A DNA stretch of 32,672 nt. It comes from a virus (lineage: Duplodnaviria; Caudoviricetes). Position 1 is the stretch's first letter; every line of letters begins with the position of its first letter. The position numbers were made by a program, and so were the translations under genes. The stretch is from positions 1 to 32,672 of IMG/VR virus record IMGVR_UViG_3300029930_000007. One strand, written 5' to 3'. Under the pieces are notes generated by a model. The model saw only the letters and a program-made list of their open reading frames with translations. It was not told the origin of the DNA and did not search any database. Shown here piece by piece: positions 15,922 through 24,079 of the stretch.

Positions 15922-16335
15922 TTACTTGCCAAGCTTGGCAAGGAAACTGCGCTTCTGCCCCGCAGACAGATCGTTGTACGCCTTGAGCAGCTTGGCCACC
16001 GGGTCAGCCTTGTCGTGGCTGGCCTTGGCCTTGGCCTTGGGCTTAGGCGCGTCTGCCTTGGGGAAGCACACTTGCAAGACCCTGTACATCGCCTGCTCTG
16101 CCGCGCTGTTGCGTTGCGTGAAGGTCGGGCCGCGCTGACCCTTCTTGATGCTCGTGCCCGGGTACTTGGCTACAGCCCAGGCCATCGCGTAGGGTTGCGC
16201 CTCCGCACGGCTGGCGATGCCAGCACTCAATAGCTTGTCAGCAAAACTCGCTGACGAGTCGTCAGCAAGATCGAAGGTCGGTTTGACCTTCACGAGCACC
16301 GAGGGGTTGATGCCAAGTAGTTTGATTGTGTTCAT
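15922..16335 (-). CDS. first early gene, Ala/Lys-rich hypothetical protein
   Basis: MNTIKLLG with SD GGAG. Confidence 0.72.
   Translation of the reverse strand: MNTIKLLGINPSVLVKVKPTFDLADDSSASFADKLLSAGIASRAEAQPYAMAWAVAKYPGTSIKKGQRGPTFTQRNSAAEQAMYRVLQVCFPKADAPKPKAKAKASHDKADPVAKLLKAYNDLSAGQKRSFLAKLGK
16247..16269. repeat. 23-bp palindromic motif, copy 5 (intragenic)
   Basis: CTCGCTGACG-AGT-CGTCAGCAAG, with an extra half site at 16235-16244. Confidence 0.8.
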
Positions 16336-16408
16336 GGTTGCACTCCAAAAGAAAAAGCCCGGCGACTGGCCGGGCATCAGATCGTCTGGCTCCCCAAACG
16401 ATGAATCT

Positions 16409-16417
16409 ATTGTACCA
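16409..16417 (-). promoter_or_regulatory. extended -10 early promoter
   Basis: Minus strand TG-G-TACAAT upstream of the first early gene. Confidence 0.6.
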
Positions 16418-16654
16418 CACAGGGGTATCGTGAGGGGGTCGTGGCGTGGCTCTTGCTAGGCGATTTTGCCCTGCGGCGACCCCACCATACCCCCACCCAC
16501 CCAGTTTGGCATGGCGGCGGCGACGTTACGTGAACACTGTTTTGCACCCGGTCCCAGCATTTCTGTAATACCTTTTGCTTATCTTTGCCTTACCTCCCCT
16601 ACCCCACAAATTTTTTCTACAAAATCCACACAACCCCTTGTCAAACGCAAGACA

Positions 16655-16690
16655 AATAAAAAAGGCCCCACCAGTTTCCCGGCAGGGCCT
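16655..16690 (-). terminator. intrinsic terminator
   Basis: AGGCCCUGCCGG-GAAA-CUGGUGGGGCCU followed by a U tract; three G-U pairs work only on the minus strand. Confidence 0.78.
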
Positions 16691-16746
16691 AAGGAGGTAT
16701 CTCAACCCCAAGGAGAAGCAAATCAACAACTGCTTGCCGCTTTGCT
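16655..16746 (-). ncRNA. candidate anti-Shine-Dalgarno small RNA
   Basis: Predicted promoter upstream, two CUCCUU seeds and an intrinsic terminator; ends approximate. Confidence 0.65.
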
Positions 16747-16781
16747 AAACCGAGTGTACACTCCAGCGCCAATAGCCACAA
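16734..16781. promoter_or_regulatory. overlapping divergent sigma70-type promoters
   Basis: Plus strand TTGCCG(16734)-17-TACACT(16757); minus strand TTGTGG(16781)-17-TACACT(16758); shared palindrome AGTGTACACT. Confidence 0.55.
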
Positions 16782-16810
16782 CACCTGTGTTTTTGCACAG
16801 GGAACCGCAA

Positions 16811-17413
16811 ATGTTGGAGCATTTGGTGCAGTTTGAACCGGAGATCACCAGCCGGGACGGTTTTGTGAAACTGGAGAACGTCTCCAGCGAAGACTTGCTT
16901 GCTGCGCAGGTTAATACTGACGCATGGTTGCGCTCCTTGGGCGTGGCCACAGACGAAGAGATTGCGCAGGACAAGGAAAAAGAAGCCGCCAGAGAAGCTT
17001 TTGGTGCGCTGACCACGACTGCCGACGACTTGGAAACCAAGGAAAAGCTCGTCGCGCTTAAAACTCCTGCTGCCGTACGGCATCTGACGGGCATGCTGAC
17101 TGCCTATGACTGGGAATTTGTACAGCAGGCCAAGGAAATCCGTGGGTATACGGTGGCGCAGCTTCTGGAAGAGACCAAAAATCCCAACGCGAACATCCGT
17201 CTGAAGGCGCTGGGGTTGCTGGGCAAGGTCACAGAGGTTGGGTTGTTCACAGAGAAGGTGGAAATCAAGAAGACGGACTTGACTGAGGAAGAAGTCGAGG
17301 CCAAGCTCAAGGAGAAGTTGGCCAAATTCATGGGTGTGGTCGACGCTGACTACACCGACGTGGAAGAAAAGCTGCAGATTACCAATGACAACCAACCCGC
17401 CGCTGACGCCTGA
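16811..17413 (+). CDS. terS: probable terminase small subunit
   Basis: Directly precedes terL; helical RLKALGLLGK...VGLFTEKVEI pattern; start taken at MLEHL. Confidence 0.6.
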   Translation: MLEHLVQFEPEITSRDGFVKLENVSSEDLLAAQVNTDAWLRSLGVATDEEIAQDKEKEAAREAFGALTTTADDLETKEKLVALKTPAAVRHLTGMLTAYDWEFVQQAKEIRGYTVAQLLEETKNPNANIRLKALGLLGKVTEVGLFTEKVEIKKTDLTEEEVEAKLKEKLAKFMGVVDADYTDVEEKLQITNDNQPAADA

Positions 17414-18920
17414 GCAGGCTAAGGCGCTACTCATGAATATGAGCAAGCTCTCCTTGGAGGAGAAGCTTGAGGCGTTGGACTTACTCGACAAAACTGAGGA
17501 TCACCGCAAGAAAAACGCGGCTCGGTCTGACATGATTGAGTTTGCCAAGTCGGTATACCCGGGGTTCAAGGTGGGACCGCACCACAGGAAGCTGGCCAAG
17601 ATATTCAGTCAGGTTATACGCGGGGAAAAGAAACGGGTCATCATCAATATTGCGCCCCGTATGGGTAAATCGGAGTTCTCAAGCTACCTGTTCCCCGCCT
17701 TTTTCTTGGGTAATTTCCCAGAAAAGAAGATCATTATGGCCACGCATACTGCGGGGCTGTCGGAGGATTACGGGCGCAAGGTACGAAACCTGATTAACGA
17801 CGAAGATTACAAAGCGCTGTTTCCAGACACAAAGGTCGCAGACGATCAGAAAGCTGCAGGCAAGTGGTCAACCGCCTCGGGCGGGCAGTATTACGCCGCT
17901 GGTGTGGGCGGTGCTCTGGCTGGCCGGGGTGCGGACTTGTTTGTGATTGACGATCCCCACTCTGAGCAGGACGTAAAGGCCAACAGCCGCCTTGCCTTTG
18001 ATACAGCTTGGAGTTGGTTCCAGACGGGTCCGCTGCAGCGCTTGATGCCCGGGGGTGGGATTATTGTGGTGATGACCCGGTGGGGTAAGCTCGACCTGAC
18101 TGGGCGGCTGCTGGACTACCAGACCAAAAACCCGGAGTCCGACCCGTGGGAGGTGGTGGAGCTACCTGCCATCCTCAACGAAGACACAGAAAACGAGAAG
18201 TCTCTCTGGCCAGAGCAGTGGCCGCTGGAGTCGCTCAAACAGAAAAAGGCTGCGCTGGACCCCCAGTATTGGAACGCGCAGTACATGCAGAACCCGGTCT
18301 CCAATAACGCAGCCATTATCAGCCGCAAGCTTTGGAGAGTATGGGAGGCGGACGACCCGCCACGGTGCGACTATATTATTCAGTCTTGGGATACTGCCTT
18401 TGAGGCTAAAACCAGCGCTGACTATTCTGCGTGTACGACGTGGGGTGTTTTCTACAACGAGGAAGAAAACGATAAGGCCCAGATAATACTGCTCGACGCA
18501 TTCAAAGACCGGATGCAGTTTCCAGAACTGAAGTCCGTGGCGCTCAAACACTATAAAGAGTGGGAGCCCGATGCGTTTATTGTGGAGAAGAAAGCTGCCG
18601 GGGCTCCGCTGATTCAAGAGCTTCGCCGCATGGGTATACCGGTGCAGGAGACAAACCCAAGCCGGGGTAACGACAAGATTTCGCGGGTCAATGCAATTGC
18701 AGACCTGTTTGCCTCGGGTATGGTCTGGGCACCGGACACGCGTTGGGCGCGGGAGGTGATCGAGGAGATTGCGTCTTTCCCCAACGGCGAGAACGACGAC
18801 TATGTGGACACCACCTCACAGGCCCTGCTACGATTCAGGCAAGGTGGGTTTATTGCGCTGGAGTCGGATGAGAAAGACGAGCCCAGATTCTTCCGCCGTC
18901 GCGCTGCCGCGTACTATTAA
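17385..18920 (+). CDS. terL: terminase large subunit
   Basis: Walker A APRMGKS, Walker B FVIDDP, MTRW, RNase H-like SWDTA and DDYVD. Confidence 0.95.
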   Translation: MTTNPPLTPEQAKALLMNMSKLSLEEKLEALDLLDKTEDHRKKNAARSDMIEFAKSVYPGFKVGPHHRKLAKIFSQVIRGEKKRVIINIAPRMGKSEFSSYLFPAFFLGNFPEKKIIMATHTAGLSEDYGRKVRNLINDEDYKALFPDTKVADDQKAAGKWSTASGGQYYAAGVGGALAGRGADLFVIDDPHSEQDVKANSRLAFDTAWSWFQTGPLQRLMPGGGIIVVMTRWGKLDLTGRLLDYQTKNPESDPWEVVELPAILNEDTENEKSLWPEQWPLESLKQKKAALDPQYWNAQYMQNPVSNNAAIISRKLWRVWEADDPPRCDYIIQSWDTAFEAKTSADYSACTTWGVFYNEEENDKAQIILLDAFKDRMQFPELKSVALKHYKEWEPDAFIVEKKAAGAPLIQELRRMGIPVQETNPSRGNDKISRVNAIADLFASGMVWAPDTRWAREVIEEIASFPNGENDDYVDTTSQALLRFRQGGFIALESDEKDEPRFFRRRAAAYY

Positions 18921-18934
18921 GAAAGATTTCAGAC

Positions 18935-21373
18935 ATGGCCACAAATATCGACAAGGCGTTGTATCAGAATCCGCAAGGCATCGCTGCCGCCGCTGAGGAA
19001 GAAGAACCCATTGAGATTGAGATCGTTGACCCGGAGCAGGTAAATATCCACGCGGGGCCGTTCGATATCAGTATCACTCCCACAGAGCCGGACTTTGATA
19101 AAAATCTTGCCGAGGACATGGACGAGGGCGAGTTGTCTACGCTGGCTGGCGAGCTTGCTGAAGATATTACAAACGACCTTGGCTCCCGCAGTGAGTGGGA
19201 GAAAGCTTACGTACAGGGACTCAAATTGCTGGGTCTGCAGTACGAGGAGAGAACTGAGCCGTGGGATGGGGCCTGTGGTGTGTTCCACCCGATGATCACC
19301 GAGGCGGTGGTGCGGTTCCAGAGCGAGGCGATTACGGAGACCTTCCCGGCACAGGGTCCGGTCAAGACCAAGATTCTGGGCAAGCAGACGCCGCAGAAGA
19401 ATGAGGCGGCAGACCGCGTTCAGGACGATATGAACTACGAGTTGACGGAGGTCATGCGTGAGTTCCGGCCCGAGCATGAGCGCATGCTGTGGAGCCTCCC
19501 GGCAACCGGCAGTGCCTTTAAGAAGGTCTACTACGACCCCAATCTGGGACGCCAAGTCAGTATGTTCATACCGGCAGAAGACATCATCCTGCCCTACGGA
19601 GCGACAGACCTCGACACCTGCTACCGGGTAACGCACGTCCTCCGCAAAACAAAAAGCGAGATCATCAAGCTCCAGCAGGCAGGCTTCTACCGCGACATTG
19701 AGCTACCAGACCCGGACAAGAGCAAGACCGACATCCAGCAGGCCAAGGACAAAGAAACTGGCTTTAGCGATCTGAATGATGACCGCTACACCCTGTACGA
19801 GAGCCATGTGGACTTGGTAGTTGAGAGCGACGAGTTCACAGAGAAAGATGAGGATGGAGAGCCGCTGGGGATCACGCTGCCCTATGTGATGACCATCATC
19901 AAGGGCACCAACGACGTGTTGGCGCTGCGGAGGAATTGGAAAGAGGAAGACACGCTGCACTTGAAGCGCCAGCACTTCGTGCATTACCAGTACATCCCGG
20001 GCTTTGGTGCTTACGGTTTCGGACTGTTCCATCTGATCGGTGGGTACGCCAAATCGGCCACGTCCATCATGCGTCAACTCGTGGATGCGGGCACGCTCTC
20101 CAATCTACCCGGGGGGCTCAAAACCCGGGGTTTGCGGATCAAGGGCGACGACACCCCTATCGCTCCGGGTGAGTTCAGGGACGTGGACATAAGCTCGGGT
20201 GCCTTGCGGGACAACATCCTGCCTCTGCCCTATAAAGAGCCCAGCGCCGTGCTGGCAGGGTTGATGGACAAGATCGTCGAGGAGGGCCGCAGGTTCGCAG
20301 CTACTGCGGATATGAAGGTCTCCGACATGTCCGCGCAGGCTCCCGTTGGTACCACGCTGGCGTTGCTGGAGAGGCAGCTTAAAGTTATGACGGCGGTCTC
20401 CGCCCGACTGCACTTCTCGTTCAAGCAGGAGCTAAAGCTTCTGGCGGGGCTGATCCGTGACTACACGGACGACGACTATGACTACGAGCCGGTCGATGCC
20501 CCGCGCAAGGCCAAGAAGTCGGACTACAGCCACGTTGAGATCATCCCGGTCAGCGACCCCAACGCGGCCACCATGAGCCAGCGTGTTGTCCAGTACCAAG
20601 CCGTCATTCAGATGGCGCAGATGGCACCGGACATTTACGACCTACCCAAGCTGCACAGAGGCATGCTGGAGGTGCTGGGGATAAAGAACGCAGCCGAGCT
20701 TGTGCCGCTGCCGGACGACCAGAAGCCTAAAGACCCGGTCACCGAGAACATGGCTGCGCTCAAGGGAGAGCCTCTCAAGGCATTCCAGTACCAAGACCAT
20801 CAGGCACACATCCAAGTCCATATGTCGGCCATGCAGGACCCGATCATCATGCAGCTTGTGGGGCAGAACCCCAGAGCGCCGCAGATTCAGGCTGCGATGA
20901 TGGCCCACATTGCCGAGCACGTTGGCTTTGGATATCGCCAGAAGATCGAGCAGCAGTTGGGCATGCCCCTGCCGCCTGAGGACGAGAAGCTCCCCCCGCA
21001 GATAGAACTCCAACTCTCGGCCATGATGGCGCAGGCTGCACAACAGGTGCTCCAGCAAAGCCAAGCCCAAGCTGCCCAGCAGCAGGCGCAGCAGCAAGCC
21101 CAAGACCCTGTGCTCCAGATGCAGCAGCAAGAACTCCAGCTACGGGCGCAGGACTTGGCGCTCAAGGACAAGAAGATTCAGGTCGACGCTGCCGCTCGGG
21201 CAGACGAGATCAGACTCAGGGAAAAACAAATCGCAGTCGATGCGGCGTTCAAAGCCGACAAACTCGCTGCAGACCAAGAACGTGACGGTGTCCGCATGGG
21301 CATCGACATCGCCCGCAGTCGCCAACAGGCGGCACGCCCTCAACCTAATAAGGGTAAACCCTCATCTAAATGA
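18935..21373 (+). CDS. portal protein (P22-like, with a long Gln-rich helical C-terminus)
   Basis: 812 aa directly after terL; GSAFKKVYYD, YGFGL, C-terminal Q/A coiled coil. Confidence 0.88.
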   Translation: MATNIDKALYQNPQGIAAAAEEEEPIEIEIVDPEQVNIHAGPFDISITPTEPDFDKNLAEDMDEGELSTLAGELAEDITNDLGSRSEWEKAYVQGLKLLGLQYEERTEPWDGACGVFHPMITEAVVRFQSEAITETFPAQGPVKTKILGKQTPQKNEAADRVQDDMNYELTEVMREFRPEHERMLWSLPATGSAFKKVYYDPNLGRQVSMFIPAEDIILPYGATDLDTCYRVTHVLRKTKSEIIKLQQAGFYRDIELPDPDKSKTDIQQAKDKETGFSDLNDDRYTLYESHVDLVVESDEFTEKDEDGEPLGITLPYVMTIIKGTNDVLALRRNWKEEDTLHLKRQHFVHYQYIPGFGAYGFGLFHLIGGYAKSATSIMRQLVDAGTLSNLPGGLKTRGLRIKGDDTPIAPGEFRDVDISSGALRDNILPLPYKEPSAVLAGLMDKIVEEGRRFAATADMKVSDMSAQAPVGTTLALLERQLKVMTAVSARLHFSFKQELKLLAGLIRDYTDDDYDYEPVDAPRKAKKSDYSHVEIIPVSDPNAATMSQRVVQYQAVIQMAQMAPDIYDLPKLHRGMLEVLGIKNAAELVPLPDDQKPKDPVTENMAALKGEPLKAFQYQDHQAHIQVHMSAMQDPIIMQLVGQNPRAPQIQAAMMAHIAEHVGFGYRQKIEQQLGMPLPPEDEKLPPQIELQLSAMMAQAAQQVLQQSQAQAAQQQAQQQAQDPVLQMQQQELQLRAQDLALKDKKIQVDAAARADEIRLREKQIAVDAAFKADKLAADQERDGVRMGIDIARSRQQAARPQPNKGKPSSK

Positions 21374-21564
21374 TCCAAGATTTCGCACGCGTACTGCGCG
21401 AGAAGCTACGCACCGACATGAACAACTACACCGATGACTTGGCCGGTGGAGCGTGTCGCTCTTTTGACGAATACCAAAAACTCTGCGGCGTTATTCAAGG
21501 TCTAGCCGTTGCAGAGCGTCATCTCCTCGACCTTGCAAAGAAAGTTGAAGAAGCCAATGAGTGA
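21370..21564 (+). CDS. conserved hypothetical protein
   Basis: LAGG....DEYQKLCG.IQGL; ATGA-coupled to the portal gene. Confidence 0.75.
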   Translation: MIQDFARVLREKLRTDMNNYTDDLAGGACRSFDEYQKLCGVIQGLAVAERHLLDLAKKVEEANE

Positions 21565-21991
21565 ACTCATTCTGCCCCCCGGTATTTCCATGCCGCCAAA
21601 AATCCAGCCAAAGGACGCGCCTGAAAAGGATGCCGCGCCTGAGGAGAAGGCAACCAGCTTGCCGCTTCCTACCGGCTGGAAACTGCTGTGTATCGTGCCC
21701 GATGTGTCCGAAAAGCTCGACGGCACTGAACTGGACTTGGTCAAACCAACGTCCATTCTCAAACAGGAAGAACACGCGACCACCGTGCTGTTCGTCTTGA
21801 AAGTCGGTCCCGACGCGTACAAAGACGCAGCCAAGTTTCCCAACGGGGCTTGGTGCAAGGAAGGCGACTTTATCTTGGTACGTACGTATTCCGGTACGCG
21901 TTTCAAGATTTTTGGCAAAGAGTTCCGGCTGATCAACGACGATCAGGTGGACGCAGTAGTGCAAGACCCTCGCGGTATTACCCGCGTTTGA
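21557..21991 (+). CDS. groES: GroES-like co-chaperonin
   Basis: PTGWKLL...VLKVGPDAY...KEGDFIL...YSGT.F...GKEFRLINDDQVDAVV. Confidence 0.85.
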   Translation: MSELILPPGISMPPKIQPKDAPEKDAAPEEKATSLPLPTGWKLLCIVPDVSEKLDGTELDLVKPTSILKQEEHATTVLFVLKVGPDAYKDAAKFPNGAWCKEGDFILVRTYSGTRFKIFGKEFRLINDDQVDAVVQDPRGITRV

Positions 21992-22001
21992 AGGAGCAGA
22001 A

Positions 22002-22973
22002 ATGGCAAACGAATTTAAGTTTCCTGACGAACAGGACGACACAAAGCAAACCGATACAGAAATTGAAATTTCTACGGCAGATGCTGACAACGAAGTCGAG
22101 ATTGAGATCGTCGACGACACCCCTGAGCGCGACCGGGGCCGCAAACCCTTGGACCGGGAAGTCAACGATCCGACCGACGAAGAACTGGATACATATACAG
22201 AGGGCGTCAAAAAGCGTCTGAAAGAACTGACGCACGCCCGTCACGACGAGCGCAGGGCCAAAGAGGCCATGGCTCGGGAGAAAGCTGAGTTGGAACGGCT
22301 GGCCCAGGCCATGATTGAGGAGAACAAACGCCTCAAACAGTACGTTCAGTCTGGGACTGAGCAATACATGACCATGGCCCAGCAAGCGGCAGAGGCCAAA
22401 CTGGAGAAAGCGCGGCGAGAACTCAAAGCTGCGCAGGAAGCATTTGACACTGACGCCATTATTGCGGCGCAGGAAGCGTTGGCGGAGGCCAAGTGGGAAA
22501 CGCAGAATACAAAAAATATGCGTCCTGCCCCTTTACAAACGCAGCAAGACGATGTACAAAACACTCAACCGCAAACTCAACAGGTGCGGGCCGACGAAAA
22601 GACACTGCGCTGGCAGGCAAAAAACCAGTGGTTCGGCTCCCCCGGGTTTGAGGAAGTTACCAGCTTTGCACTAGGGCTGCATCAAAAACTAGTCAACAAC
22701 GGGGTAGACCCCCGCACTGATGAATATTTCGAGCAGATTGACGCTCGCGTGAAGTCCAAGTTCCCTGAAGTTTTTGGGGGCGAAGACGACAAGCCACGGT
22801 CTCAAGGGACTCCGGCTAAAAAACCAGCATCTGTTGTGGCTCCTGCCAGTCGTTCGACCGGCAAGAAAAAGGTTGAACTGACGCCGTCTCAAGCAGCGTT
22901 GATCAAAAAGTACAACCTCGATCCGCAAATGTATGTGAAGGAAGTTTTGAAACTGGAGAACCAAAATGGCTGA
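22002..22973 (+). CDS. probable scaffolding protein
   Basis: Acidic N-terminus, coiled coil, located upstream of the capsid genes. Confidence 0.7.
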   Translation: MANEFKFPDEQDDTKQTDTEIEISTADADNEVEIEIVDDTPERDRGRKPLDREVNDPTDEELDTYTEGVKKRLKELTHARHDERRAKEAMAREKAELERLAQAMIEENKRLKQYVQSGTEQYMTMAQQAAEAKLEKARRELKAAQEAFDTDAIIAAQEALAEAKWETQNTKNMRPAPLQTQQDDVQNTQPQTQQVRADEKTLRWQAKNQWFGSPGFEEVTSFALGLHQKLVNNGVDPRTDEYFEQIDARVKSKFPEVFGGEDDKPRSQGTPAKKPASVVAPASRSTGKKKVELTPSQAALIKKYNLDPQMYVKEVLKLENQNG

Positions 22974-23424
22974 AATCCAAGACCGTACCCCTCGTGATTT
23001 GAAATCACGCGATAAATCTGCTCGTGCTGTATACGTACCGCCGAGTAACTTGCCTGATCCGACACCTGAGCCGGGATGGGTTTACCATTGGGTTGGTACT
23101 CACATTTTGGGTCAGCCGAATCCTACCAACGTATCCCAAAAGATGCGCGAGGGTTGGGAGCCGGTGAAGGCAGAAGACCATCCAGAACTGATGCTTTTGG
23201 GTAATGAGAAAACTGGCAATGTGGAGATTGGCGGTCTGATGCTTTGCAAAATGCCGAAAGAACGCTTCCAAGCTCGTCAGGAGTACTACAACGCTCAGGC
23301 GCAGGGACAGATGGAATCAGTGGACAACCACTTCTTGCGAAACAATGATCCCCGTATGCCGCTGTTTTCGGACAGGAAATCGTCTACGACACGCGGTGGG
23401 GGTTTTGGTTCAGGTTCAAAGTAA
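22966..23424 (+). CDS. conserved head-module protein
   Basis: GWVYHWV...REGWEPV...IGGLMLCKMP. Confidence 0.75.
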   Translation: MAEIQDRTPRDLKSRDKSARAVYVPPSNLPDPTPEPGWVYHWVGTHILGQPNPTNVSQKMREGWEPVKAEDHPELMLLGNEKTGNVEIGGLMLCKMPKERFQARQEYYNAQAQGQMESVDNHFLRNNDPRMPLFSDRKSSTTRGGGFGSGSK

Positions 23425-23439
23425 TTAAGGAGGCCATAA

Positions 23440-24066
23440 ATGGCATCAGTAGCATCCCCGTACGGGCTACGGCCCGTCAATCAGTTGGGTGGCACCCCCT
23501 ATGCGGGCGCAACCCGTACTTATCTCATCGACCCCGCAGGTACTGCCTCAAACATTTACAACGGCTCGCCCGTGTATGTGAATGCCAGCGGTTATCTGGC
23601 TGTGGCAACCGCCACTGGCGCTGATGCGACTACCAATGGATTTCCCACCGGCACCGCTAATACCGGTATCGTGGGTGTGTTCGTTGGCTGCTCGTACTAC
23701 AACGCTCAAGGGCAGTTGATTTTCTCGCAGTACTACCCCACGGGTACGACTGGCGTCATTCAGGCGTCGGTTGTTGACGATCCCAACGTGGTGTTTCAGG
23801 TCCAGTCCGCTGGCACTGTTACGCAAGCCGCTGTGGGTGCAAACGTGTTCTTCTCTACTGGCGCTGTGGCAACTGGCAGCACCTCCACTGGCAACTCCAC
23901 GGCTTCTATCGTGGCTGGTGCCTCGGCGGTTACTACCACTGCAGCATTCCGTGTTGTCGGGTTCCCGAACGTGCAAGGCTTCTCGGTTGTGGGCGATGCT
24001 TACACCGACGTCTACGTGAAGATCAACCCCGGCTATCACACCTATACCAACGCTGTTGGTCTGTAA
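23440..24066 (+). CDS. probable capsid decoration/minor capsid protein
   Basis: PYGLRPV...GVFVGC.Y...DDPNVVFQVQ; Ala/Thr/Gly-rich; directly precedes the MCP. Confidence 0.7.
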   Translation: MASVASPYGLRPVNQLGGTPYAGATRTYLIDPAGTASNIYNGSPVYVNASGYLAVATATGADATTNGFPTGTANTGIVGVFVGCSYYNAQGQLIFSQYYPTGTTGVIQASVVDDPNVVFQVQSAGTVTQAAVGANVFFSTGAVATGSTSTGNSTASIVAGASAVTTTAAFRVVGFPNVQGFSVVGDAYTDVYVKINPGYHTYTNAVGL

Positions 24067-24079
24067 GGAGTAACTCAAA

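Noticed and set aside
16614-16644. Minus-strand promoter TTGACA...TAGAAA
   Set aside because: The spacer would be 19 nt and the -10 is weak.
16691-16723. Plus-strand SD sequences as real ribosome-binding sites
   Set aside because: No start codon at suitable spacing, and they lie upstream of the predicted plus-strand promoter.
16466-16810. 115-aa N-terminal extension of TerS in the ORF track
   Set aside because: It has a TTG start without SD and crosses promoter, terminator and low-complexity DNA; the ATG at 16811 after the predicted promoter is more plausible.
21030-21140. CAG-rich repeat
   Set aside because: It encodes the Gln/Ala-rich helical C-terminus of the portal protein.
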